Source: Catajapyx aquilonaris (lineage: Eukaryota). From it: DNA of 64,000 nt. This document shows, piece after piece, positions 14,501 through 27,108 of the stretch (its first letter is position 1; every line of letters begins with the position of its first letter). The notes beneath the pieces were generated by a model. The model was given only the letters and a program-made list of their open reading frames with translations. It searched no databases and was not told the DNA's origin. Position numbers and translations under genes: made by a program. The stretch lies in assembly GCA_000934665.2 (NCBI GenBank), contig KZ538058.1, positions 62,001-126,000 on the forward strand. Direction: 5' to 3'.

Positions 14501-17500
14501 TAATGAACTCAGCACTATTGTCACAAATTTAAGCTTATCTCTAGGTAAAAAGTATTTACAGTAACTTACTTATTACTGTCATGAACTATTTAAATTTGAC
14601 CAGTGTTGTTTGATGCATTGGGAAAGTTAGAACAAGATTACAATAACCTACCAAATAACATTTCAAAACATTTTCCATATAATTATGAGGCATTCTTTGT
14701 TACCTACATAAGAACTATTTGCACACTTCCGCGCTTGTGCACTTCTGCATTACTTTCTTATCAAGAGGACAAAAATGCTATTCAGTCTAATCATGCTGTT
14801 TATAGTGCGAATTTTTTTTGTCAAGGCAATGCAAGAATTACTCATACTGCACAATCACATGGCTGATCATAAATGAGCATAAAATCATATTGACACAATT
14901 TCTGAGATGCCAGCAGAGAACATGAAACTTACAACGCTTCCAACAATCTCCCAGGATTCAAACTCAAGTAATGGTGACATTTTCTCCCCAAAAGGGTAAT
15001 CATGAGCTAAATTTAAATGCAAAGTAGGTCACAAAATATCTGATTGTCACAAATAATGATAGCTGGAGATGATGACCCCAATGATAACACACTGTCATGG
15101 TGCAGTGTTATTTTACTAGCAGCAACCCCGTCCAAACTGGTCTTTAGGGCATTTAAACACCACATTTGAGGGGCGGTAGCCTCTAAGTAAGACTAGCATA
15201 GCATTTCAACAATGAATTTTTCCAACTTGTTGTTGTTCTAGTTCTTGATATTTCCAAATTGAACAGAGATCCCCACTGTCATGAAGTGATTTCCTACCAT
15301 TTACACTTTTACTAAATTCCCCTTCAGTACTCTGCAAAAAATTAAAAACCATTGAAAAATGCGATTCTATTTTTTTGCTCAATAATCATTGGTAATTCAG
15401 TTTCTTCGTCAAAGATCCGAATGTGCAATAGGGCGTTGCGGATCTATATTCAAAACCTCACAGTTCCACCTGCTATGGGATAGAAGTTAATATGATTTTT
15501 CCCATCATTTTTTCATTTGTTCATGATGTCACAACCTAGCAACGTCAGTTCTTGTTTACCGCCTCACCATCTATAATATTAAAATCCTTGCGTTGCTTGA
15601 CCGAGCCCTCTGATTGGTTCGCCTCCTTAAGTTGCCGCCACCTCTTCCTATTGGCCCCCGTCCATTGTTACTGCGACGTATTCAAGACGCCTCCGATTGG
15701 CCCCTGTTCCGAGCATGCGCATTGGGGGTGGGACCCGTTCAGTTGCATGTTGAACTTCGTGGGTGAAGGTCGCTTTTTTCCGTCTCTCCCTCCGTCATCG
15801 TCCCCTGCCGGACCTTTTCCCCTTCCCCACCCACCCTATACCTGTACCCCCCTGCGCCGCGGGTCTTCTGGTTATTGAAAAATGGCCGTATGCACTAGTA
15901 TTATTATTATATTGCTATGGGCCAAATGTTATTCGTCTATGCTGGGGCAAGACGTTCCAAGTGGACGTGTCAGAATCAGATCAGTGAATCTCTTTGCTGT
16001 TGTCTCGCACTGACCCTCACAGGGAGGAATTAGAGTTGACTGTTTCTGTCTCTAAGGTTGCTGTGGGAACTGAATAGTGTCGCAGTGTTTAGTTGACACT
16101 AAGTTCTTCCTGCGTTAATTTTTTCCTGGTTTGAGGGCTGCCTCTTCCCATACTTGGCTGTGGCAGGGTCATCACTTCCAGCAGGAGGGTTAGTATGGTC
16201 ACTGCACATCGGAGCTGCAGTCAAGTTCAGCCACCTCACCACACACTCATTATTTTGGGGAGGTAGCCCCTAAGTAAGACGACAGTGTACCTTTTCCACA
16301 ACGAATTTTTCATACATCCCTGTGACCCTGGTTTTTATAGCTGATATATTATTTGCCAGCACCTTAGCAATGCAGACGAGATGGGTGGGCTCTCAACATG
16401 CTGGAAACGCGTTGCAAACAACAACACTCTATGATTTCTATACTACACTATGTAGGCTATTGTTTTAGTATGACTATGAAGCATACAAGGTGTCTCTAAA
16501 GTCTGGATACACAAGTATTTGGATTGGAATGTTGGTTTCCAGTTGTGCCAACTAGCAGATTGTTGACAATCAGTAAAAGATGTGTTGACACAGTTGGCAC
16601 ATGGAGTTGACACAACATCCAGACTTTAGTCACCCTGTACCTAATTAACCCCTTCGCTACCAGCTATGTTGCCATCGCCTAGATTCTCGCTTACACCTAC
16701 TCTGAAGATAAAGAAAATATATTTTACAAATAATAACAGCTACATACGTACATGTTCATGCTTTACACATTTATGTGTTGGAAATAATTTTTCTCCATCT
16801 ACAAGTCCCTACATTAATTTCCAAAAACATCACCATAAAACTCAACATTCAAGTACTACTGACCAACTGTTAGGCTGATTTAATCATGAAATACGTTAAC
16901 ATACGGAACATCAACCTTGAAAACCATGCCACACGAATTTACTGAAATAGTAGTAGGCTACTTCAAGAAAATTAAAGAAGTTCAGGGGTTTTCAGATGTT
17001 GCAGGCAAGCCGCAGATAAGCACGACGATTTCAGCTAATAGAGACAAATTTTCCTGGAGCCGTTGCAACCTGGCCCTAGAGTGTGTTTCAAGATTTCTCG
17101 ATTGTCTCTGGATGTTTTACTATGGCAGAACAGAAATTAGCAATGATTTTTTTTTTTTTTTAAACTGCTTCCTCGCCTACTGCTCTCAAAACTTCTCTCG
17201 CTGGTTTCGCTTTCAGGATTTCACATTAATTAACACATTTCAGTTTTCCAAGTCAAGAAATAGTTCAAGTGTCACAAAAACACCAAATGCTATATAACCT
17301 AAGATTAAACTCTGCAAACAACTGCGGTTATGTACCTTTCCTTATCTGACTCATACCTGAAAAGTTCAACTTCATAAATACGGTTACCTTTCTTCCTGAC
17401 CACTACTACTCAGTATGAGTAACCAAATTTCGGCAGTTTGATTGTCCTAATTTATTTTTAACCGCAGAGTGGTGCAATGGAAAATAATTTGTATGGTAAG

Positions 17501-17649
17501 AGATTTTCCAGCAGTAGAAACATGCAGACCTGACAGCCTTTCTTGTGGTGAAACCCGACGACCAGCACGTGCAGGATGGGTCCAGCCACGGGCCCTTCCT
17601 TCTCCTTCCCCTGGTTGGCTTCCTCGGCCGGAGACATCCTTCCCTCCAT
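8449..17649 (-). CDS. AVL9: Late secretory pathway protein AVL9 homolog (DENN-related), 11 exons, ~703 aa
   Basis: Spliced exons, all GT-AG and frame-consistent (2112 nt): 17649-17530, 14454-14248, 14006-13778, 13706-13517, 13434-12951, 12818-12684, 9837-9618, 9556-9385, 9097-9009, 8923-8716, 8506-8449. AVL9 motifs: ILHVLVVGFHHKKGCQVEYSYPPL, WKYLPTLALPDGSHN, RSTVQKSVCVLS, GATNVLF, LQLSTEDLRFADY, WEGGDEWIR, GHPFAGQ. The last exon is less certain. Confidence 0.93.
10210..10482 (+). mobile_element. Degenerate tRNA-derived SINE
   Basis: B-box-like ggttcaatccc near 10263, internal gggttttcttggggttctcc motif typical of SINE central domains, and an (att)n tail near 10466-10482. No clear target-site duplication. 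Confidence 0.45.
11197..11589 (+). mobile_element. Full-length tRNA-derived SINE with (ATT)n tail and 11-bp TSD
   Basis: A-box-like tggtgctgcgg, B-box ggttcgatccc, (att)n tail of about 68 nt (11522-11589), flanked by direct repeat tatcttccttt at 11186-11196 and 11590-11600. Confidence 0.88.
12031..12531. mobile_element. piggyBac-like non-autonomous element (501 bp, TTAA TSD)
   Basis: TTAA at 12027-12030 and 12532-12535. TIR ccctc(a/g)gacggtgacgtg. Subterminal IR cggtgacgtgggcactttttgtgaccaa at both ends. Long degenerate internal inverted arms. Confidence 0.88.
16486..16637. mobile_element. Tc1/mariner-type MITE (TA TSD)
   Basis: ta-caaggtgtctctaaagtctggat ... atccagactttagtcaccctg-ta: imperfect TIRs with TA flanks. 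Confidence 0.65.
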
Positions 17650-19023
17650 CGCCTGTCGACCCCTTAACTCCCTCGCATCTTCATCATCATCTCTGTGATC
17701 ACTCGGACGCCATTTTCATTTTTTTTTTTTTTTTCAACTCTGCGACACTAATCGCATCGCATGAGTGAGAAAGCTGCTTATTACATACAGCGCTTATGGA
17801 CCTCCTGGATAATGTGTTGCCAACAGTTTTTAATGTTATTTAATTTAAATGTGATTTACAGTGGCATGCGTTTTTTTTGTGTGTGTATAAATTCGGGAAT
17901 TATGTGCAAGACTTTAAATGCGTATAGTCGTCTGATGGACACCTCCTCACCCCTTTTGGCTCTTTTGGGACCCGGGCATTCGGATCGGGACAAACCGGAC
18001 AAGTCCCTCAGAAAATCGGCGATAAAATATTGCGCGATTCTTCTCACTAAAATATATAGAACTGGAACGCTAAATTTGGCGAAAAGTAGAGGAAACGAAT
18101 CTTTACCATGGAACGTCATGAAGAAAATGGGAATGGAATAAATGAAGGCTGTAACTATAGTGTAACATTTGATTTTATTTCCCTGCAAATTGGCTTCCAT
18201 CAAAGGGTGTTGCGTACACACTCCAGTCATTAATACTGGTGGGTAATGACATAAACAGGTGCAAAAAGAGACCATGAATAGATAAGATGTTTAAATCAGC
18301 CTGCGCTATCAATAAATACACTTCAGTGTAGCAGATGATGTAATTTTAATCAACAAGGGTGCGACTCGGATTCATCAGAACAGTCTAGTGATGGTGAATG
18401 TGGACCAAAATAGGAAGGGATATTATTTTATTTTGAGATGTTTTTTTTCCCCTTTCTCATCACCAGAAACATGGTGTGTCCGAGTTAGTGTTAACATTTT
18501 GCCGGTCAATAAAGTCACTTTGTCAGAAAAGAAAAGCTACCTGCCTTGAACAGTGAGAAAATGTCACCTTTATAACAAGTGCACGATGTTAATCGAGAAC
18601 CATGTGGTACAGTACACCCTGTGATTCATGTAGTTGCCTTACACAAATTCAGCAACTCTGTATACGTACAGTATCTGTAATGATGCATTAGCACCATATA
18701 GTCACGTTTTGTCATTATGCCTGGCATAGCACTGCAGTGTTGAAATGCTGACAGTGACATCTTGAGAATAACAGACACATATTTGGGCAAAAGTTTAATA
18801 AAATTTGTGCTATTACTGGCTTGGAAAATATTTCTCTGGATGCTATATCCAGTCTTTGGTAAATAACGCAATCGAAATTTCTGTGGACAGCTCATAATTA
18901 ACAGTATTACCCACAATAACACCATTGCACCCATTTACTCTGCAGGAAGCAATGCAGTGAAGTGCATGTAGAGTTACACTGGCCTTGCACGTCATAAACA
19001 CATTATTTTAACAGTGAAACTTA

Positions 19024-19258
19024 AGGCCGCTTCACAAACTCGGCGTTGTAAAAGCGGGGCGTATGGGGCTTCCACTCATCGCACGCAGAAAGTCCACCCG
19101 GACGCCAGCGCAACGCCTGCGCTCGGTCATTGCACGCAGCATTTGTGAATAGCCCTTCGTAAATTTTCCGCGCTCCACATGCCCCGCTCCCGCAAATCTG
19201 AGTTTGTAAAACAGGCATTATACTCCGCTTTCGCAACGCTGAGTTTGTGAAGCGGCCT
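19024..19258. mobile_element. PIF/Harbinger (Tourist-like) MITE
   Basis: TIR aggccgcttcacaaactc / gagtttgtgaagcggcct with extended imperfect arms; TTA duplicated on both sides. Confidence 0.82.
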
Positions 19259-19723
19259 TTATATTACAATAATTTAAACACTCTTTCTCAAACTGAGATT
19301 CTCAGGTAGTTTTATGATATGAATAAAATGTGGCACAAAGTTGGTAGGCACAAAGTGCATTCCACAACACTCTCAAGACTTGCAAATATTTGCATTGCAG
19401 AATGTCTTTTGACTAGTGAATATCACATGTTTAATCACACAACAAACGTGAGATAAAATAATATGTACACTGCATGGTGTAATACACCTAACAGAAAGAA
19501 AGGACAGATGTGAATCAGTCTTTGTAAAAACATGCCGTATAAGTGTACTCTAATAAGAACGACCTTATGTGAATTTGATCATCGCTTGTCAACAATTTCG
19601 AACGAACTTAATTGCCATTTTAAAAAGATAAAGTGCAGTAATATTTTAACACATCCAATCACAATTTTATAAATACAGAACAGCAATAAAGTTCCAAGAG
19701 CAACAATTAAAGTGTATGTGGCT

Positions 19724-21269
<1,546 letters not shown>

Positions 21270-21867
21270 CAATGAATGCGTATCCTCCAGAGACGCATAT
21301 TTTTCTAAAAATATTTGTGATTGCAATTGAGGAAAAATTTGAAACGCATATTACCAGCATCAGTGGCTCTGTTTACAAAAGGAAACCCGGCAATACAATC
21401 CATTCACTTTCATAAGCGCAGGAGAAGGATGCATACATGTGCACCTGTTACAGTTCATTTATGATGTATTTATGCAATTTCATTGGCTCCAATAACAGAT
21501 AGTACGCATCAGGAAAATTTATAAAGGCGTTTGTAATACTGCAGATGCCATCAGGTTTGTGGAAATAAAAATTCAAAATGTGCCCTGTACATATCATGCA
21601 GGTGCAACACTTACGATTCTTATTATCCAACATTATTGATCGTTATCAGTTTTCCTTTTTTTAAATATAATGCTTTCTAAATTACTGTCAAATAAAGCAG
21701 ATGAGCACAATTTTTCAGCCACCGGCATAGGAGATAACCTTTCATCTTAACATAAATTTTTAAAAAAATCATCAGCCATCATTGCCAATATCTATTTATT
21801 TATTTTATTGCGAATCCTGTGATGAGACAAAGGTCTCTTTGGGAGACACATCACCAGACACATTTAA

Positions 21868-24040
21868 CCCTGGAACCGTGCCGTGCCTGAAAGTTACGGC
21901 AACCGTGCTGTGGGGTCTTTTCGGACCCCATCTATATTTTAACTTTTATAAATTTTTATATTATCACAAAAACCTTCCATTCTGTAAAAAAGGGGGTAGT
22001 AAGACCTCTATGGCGGAGAGAAATTAATTAAACAAGACAGGTATGCTAAGACCTAGCTTCACTAGAAAAGTCTTGCAGGTTTCTATATATTTTCTGAATC
22101 TACTCGATGAGCTGAGTCGAACGACATTATTCCTTGTGTGCGGAAATGCTTGGTGCAAGAGTAATTGAATTTTGAAATTGCAAGTAATAACAATGAATAA
22201 ATGAAAATAAACAAGTGTTCCTTTGTTGAAACAGTTTACTCCCATTGTTGAGTGAATGACTATCCATGATAATTTTAAACGTAATTAGGAGGTTGTGTGT
22301 TCGCAGCATTACTGTCCGCCTTGTGGCGGCGTAGATGTGGGTGTTGCGTGATGTGGGTGTGGCAGAGCCACAATAACGTTCGTTGGCCTGCAGCGCCACA
22401 AGACGGACAGTAAATGTTGCGGATACAAAACTCACAATAAGCGCCTAGCTCCGCTTACGCTCTGCATTAACTCAAATTATCAAACAAGGGCGACGTGCCT
22501 CGCAGGGCCACAACACGGACAGTACTGGTGCTATATAGTATATTTAGGCGTTCACCAAGCAGCGAAGTGGGATCGTCTCCGACGTGGCATGAGTCTCCAA
22601 CTACAAGCTCATGCTGAACAGTCGCCAAAGATTTCTTGCGGAGAGAGAAGAGCAGTCGCTTCTTATTTATCGCTTTCAAGACCAGGTGCTCAGCAGCCAT
22701 GTGGGAAGAATCATAGGTCTTTGCGATTCCTTTCTTGTGGCGCCATTTTAGCAGAGCCTTATGCAGACACACAATTGCCCCTTTCTTCTGGATTTCTGCC
22801 GCCAGCTTCTGCTGCCTGTTCTGGAGGGTTTTTTTTTGGCGATATCGGAGGGCTTTGGTGGGATCATCCTTCTGGCTTTCCCTGACATACCTCTCCCTAC
22901 GTGCCTTTCTAAGTTTCTGTTGTTTACTCGGCATGATTGTGACTTACTTGAGTTGAATAGTTGGATGCAACATTGATATTTTGGGACGAGATAACATGGT
23001 ATGATGATGAAGAGGGTGTGTTCACAGCGAAGAAGAGAAGTAGTCTATAGGGTCCAGTACGAGGGAGGGAAGGGGAAAAGAGAAGGTGAATGGAAGTGAT
23101 AAGAAATACTATACTAATTTTGAATATGAGACTGGCATTCCTGGCATGATGCACTTACCAAGTCCACAAGTAACAAGCTGAAAATCTCGGAACGGAAGTG
23201 GTGGTAGGTGAAGGAGTGGATAGGAATGGTTTGATAATGGAAGCAAAAATTTTAATGTCTGCCTCAATTAAAGCGGAACTCTCGTAGTTGCTTACATTAC
23301 ATCGTTGCTAAGAAATAGTGAAACTAATTAATAGAGAATGTTTGTATTTTTTATATAGAGTTACATCGTTGCTAAGAAATGAACTTTATTAATATAGACT
23401 TATAGAGAGAATACCGTTATAAGATTTTTTTCTGGCGTTGTACGAAGGAATTAGCTATAGCCTGACAGGAAAAGGATCGTCCGTCACGCCGAGCTGGTGT
23501 CGTGTTCAAACTGTGAAACCTTTATCTGTAAGGGTTTTTGAGTTATGCTTCGGCAAAAAAGTGGAAAAATTTCATTGTTGTTTTCGGGGACTACCGTCCC
23601 TACAATAATACTTTTCAATGTATTGACTATGTACAATCATTCATTGAACAATGCCTAAAATGATCGCTAATTCAAAATAAACATGCACTTCCTGTTATAT
23701 ACTTTATAATTGATATATTTAAGGAGGTTGGCCCAGCATTGCCTTTCAACCTCCAAGCGTAGGGAAGGAAGGAAGCGGCTGTGGCCTATTATACGGAAGC
23801 AACTCCGGAATTATCCTAGAAAGACTGTGGAAAACCACAGAAAACCACGGTCAAGGTTGCCGGCCCCGGGATTCGAACCCAGGACCTCCCAATTAGCAGG
23901 CGGACACCCTATCCACTATGCCAACCTGCTTCGGTCTTTGTTATATACTGTAAAAAATTGGCAAAAGTTCATTGTAATTATCATTTTAATGCATTTTAAT
24001 TCCTTGGGGTCCAAAAAGACTGCACGGCACAGTTCCAGGG
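21868..24040. mobile_element. piggyBac-like non-autonomous element (~2.17 kb, TTAA TSD)
   Basis: TTAA at 21864-21867 and 24041-24044. TIR ccctggaac(c/t)gtgccgtgc. Subterminal ggggtc...ggacccc motifs at both ends. Possible cysteine-rich transposase tail remnant (CSNCETFIC) at 23503-23529. Confidence 0.85.
23704..23938 (-). mobile_element. tRNA-derived SINE inserted inside the piggyBac-like element
   Basis: Minus strand reads A-box-like tggcatagtgg and B-box ggttcgaatccc. Flanked by direct repeat tgttatatact at 23693-23703 and 23939-23949. Confidence 0.75.
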
Positions 24041-25099
24041 TTAAAATTCATAAGTTCATTCTTTTGTAGACATTTTTTTAAAGGAGTAAAGTTGAAATAT
24101 AATTTATTATGTTTGAATGGATTGTCAAAAACATAGAGGGTCCTAACAAATCTACATTTAGGCCAATATGTAGTAAGATGTAATATTTTAAATTCATCCA
24201 TCGTAGGTCCTTACAGTTATAATTTACACTACTGTCAGCTGCTTGTGGCAGCGACAGTTTATTATTACAAAAATAAAATTTGCACTGTTATCAATGTTTA
24301 CATTATGCTAGTAATGCGGTCACTGCATAGCAATGATTCTGTCATATATAATCACCTTCTTCTGCCAGTGTGTGCTTCAGTGTGTCCCCCTCTACATCAC
24401 CAGTCCTCTTCTACGCTGAGCCCATCACGCAACGGCCTGAGTGCCATGCAGCAAGTGGGGCAGGCAACTCTAGCCATAATGCGCGTATATCGACAGGTGC
24501 TGGGCAAAACTACACGTACACAACTTGCACCCTGTTTCATTTATCTTTTTTTTTTTTTTTTTCCTTTTGCCCCCCCTTCTCCCCACCTGCCCCCTTCCAA
24601 GCCCTTTTCTCTTCTTTTTTAATATAGTCCCTTTGTATGTATGTATAGATTGAGCTCGATAGAAATATATCGAACTGCGTGTGGGTCTGGGGCTGTGGTG
24701 GGATTGGCCAACTATCAAACCCTCGTGGCCATTTGAGCCAATCGAGGGTCTCACACCAGGGGGTTGCCATTGGCGAAAGGGACACAACAAAAAGGTGGTT
24801 CAGAAGCGGATAGAGCATAAGTGGATGGAATTTTATAGGGAAAAGCAGGGTGTAACATAATGTCAAAATTATATGATTAAACTCAATGTGAAGATGGTTC
24901 GATTTTATGTTGACTGGAGGATCGGAAGTTGGAAAGGAGAATGGGGAACGGACGGTGAAGAGAAGCGTTGGCTATTGTGCAGTGTGGAATAATTTGTTTA
25001 GTTTACTACATGGTGCGTTGAAGTTTACAGTTTGTTCTGGACGTAATGTGTCACAAATTGCACGCTAATTGATGCATGTTGCAAGTACCGCGTACTGAA

Positions 25100-26098
25100 C
25101 CGGTTCAATCTAGAATTAGAAACAAAGCATGTGTTAGACCGAAAATGGCCGCCAGATTCGATTTGTTTTCAAATTCACGTTTCAGCTTCAGTAATGTCAA
25201 AAGCATGCGTTATTCAGAAAGAGCCGGAGGAATAATAATAATATATGCATGTAGACATCCTCACAATATTATATATTGTTTTTCATTTCTAACTGCACAT
25301 TATTTTGTCTACTCTGAAAATGTTCATTCCCAAAGTAAAGTATAATCCCTACGCATGCGCCTGTAATGACAAGCTGTATGTTCAAATTATGCGCGCCTAC
25401 TTCAACATTGGAAGACTGGAAGTGACAAGCAGCACTGTTCGTTGACAAAAACGCCCTGTATATATTTACTCCTGATATAATATACTCATTTTCACCTCAC
25501 CTCGGGTATAACAGACAATGTATTGGTCTCTTGGTGGAAAAATGTGCTGTTTGATTACTAATCAGCTTCCTTTCCCATGCGCAACAGGAAAGCACCTGCA
25601 TACCACCTGGAGCAGTGGTGATTTTCCCACCTGTCACTGATCTAACACTTGTCGGAAATGCCAAAATTGTCATTTTCTGTTATTTTTTTGGCAATAAGAA
25701 GGCAAGAGATTTCGAATGGTACTGTACAATGCTTGAATGCTGGTGCGTTGACTACAATGTCATATGGAAACAGGTCGTGCGAAGAACGAATTCCCCTATA
25801 CTACTGTACAATAAGCCAACAACGCAGTTTATAGAGAGCAACTTCGTCAGTTATCTGCTAACCTCCAGTTAATAAACGATTGGAACCGATTGTAACATTC
25901 AAATTCCCGCCTATTCATATCAAACAAAATGACATCATCCCACGCCAAAAGTTAGCGCATGCGCAGGACCTACAATCCGAGCCCCGCAATGGCGCCACCC
26001 AGTCGGACAAAAGAGGCCCCCGCCGAAATCCCGCCCAGAGTGTCAGGGTTGCCAATCTTGCCGGCATGGCAAGGAGGGGGAGAAGGGGGAAGGGGGGG
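25100..26098. promoter_or_regulatory. Candidate housekeeping/bidirectional promoter between FoxJ2/3 and SUMO1
   Basis: YY1-like aaaatggccgcc (25142), NRF1/ewg-like cgcatgcgc (25352) and gcgcatgcgc (25955-25964), GC-rich stretch running into the gap. Confidence 0.45.
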
Positions 26099-26424
26099 NN
26101 NNNNNNNNNNNNNNNNNNNNNNNNNNNNNNNNNNNNNNNNNNNNNNNNNNNNNNNNNNNNNNNNNNNNNNNNNNNNNNNNNNNNNNNNNNNNNNNNNNNN
26201 NNNNNNNNNNNNNNNNNNNNNNNNNNNNNNNNNNNNNNNNNNNNNNNNNNNNNNNNNNNNNNNNNNNNNNNNNNNNNNNNNNNNNNNNNNNNNNNNNNNN
26301 NNNNNNNNNNNNNNNNNNNNNNNNNNNNNNNNNNNNNNNNNNNNNNNNNNNNNNNNNNNNNNNNNNNNNNNNNNNNNNNNNNNNNNNNNNNNNNNNNNNN
26401 NNNNNNNNNNNNNNNNNNNNNNNN
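26099..26424. other. Assembly gap (326 N) flanked by poly-G
   Basis: Run of n characters, with G homopolymers on both sides. Confidence 0.99.
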
Positions 26425-26964
26425 GGGGGGGGGGGGGGAGGAGGAAAAGAAAAAAGCCGGTGTTGGTGTTCCATTCAAGTGCATGTTGTGGGAGTACAGT
26501 GTACAGAGCATGTTAGTAGTAGGCAGCTTACAAGCTGTGATCCGGATGCTGTATAACTTCACGAGCCATGATGAGACCGGAATGGAAGTGACCGCAATAT
26601 GGTGGGGGGTCTTCTACGCACCGCTGCCGGAACAGACTTATTAAAATGAACATTGCACAGAACGGCTGTACGCTCCGCAATTATTGCTGTAGACATACCG
26701 CGGTTGTCACTGCTTCGGAAGCAGGAAGTTGCTTTGGAACTGGGCTGCGTTCTTTGCCAGGTTTCCGTGGCGACCGCTGTCAACAAACTTCAGCTTGAGA
26801 GACTCAAACCTGTTCCGTCACTAATGACAATTGAGATTTCGATGCAAGTGGCAGGCTGCGTGGTGGGGCACGCTCGGTACAGTACACTAGCTGGAATTAC
26901 ACGCTTTTGTACTTGGTTGTGGATTATTTCGGCTCGAAGGCCTTCACGTGGCATGGTTGCATAA

Positions 26965-27108
26965 AGGCCCATTCACACAGGCCGTCGACAAACAGAGCGG
27001 GCCCTCACGGTAACCATGACGCGTTGTTTGCGTGAGGGCCCGTTCTGATTGGTCCGCGGGGTCGACGAGACCAAAAACCAAAACCGTCGACGGCCTGTGA
27101 ATGGGCCT
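26965..27108. mobile_element. PIF/Harbinger (Tourist-like) MITE
   Basis: TIR aggcccattcac(ac)aggccgtcgac / gtcgacggcctgtgaatgggcct, inner IR gggccctcacg / cgtgagggccc, TAA duplicated on both sides. Confidence 0.8.

Noticed and set aside
15115..16310. Possible Helitron/DINE-like element with a repeated ggtagcc(t/c)ctaagtaagac motif (about 15176 and 16262)
   Set aside because: Probably repetitive DNA, but termini and class could not be defined from the sequence alone.
25880..26644. Long ORFs of 143-254 aa
   Set aside because: Artefacts of reading through the N gap.
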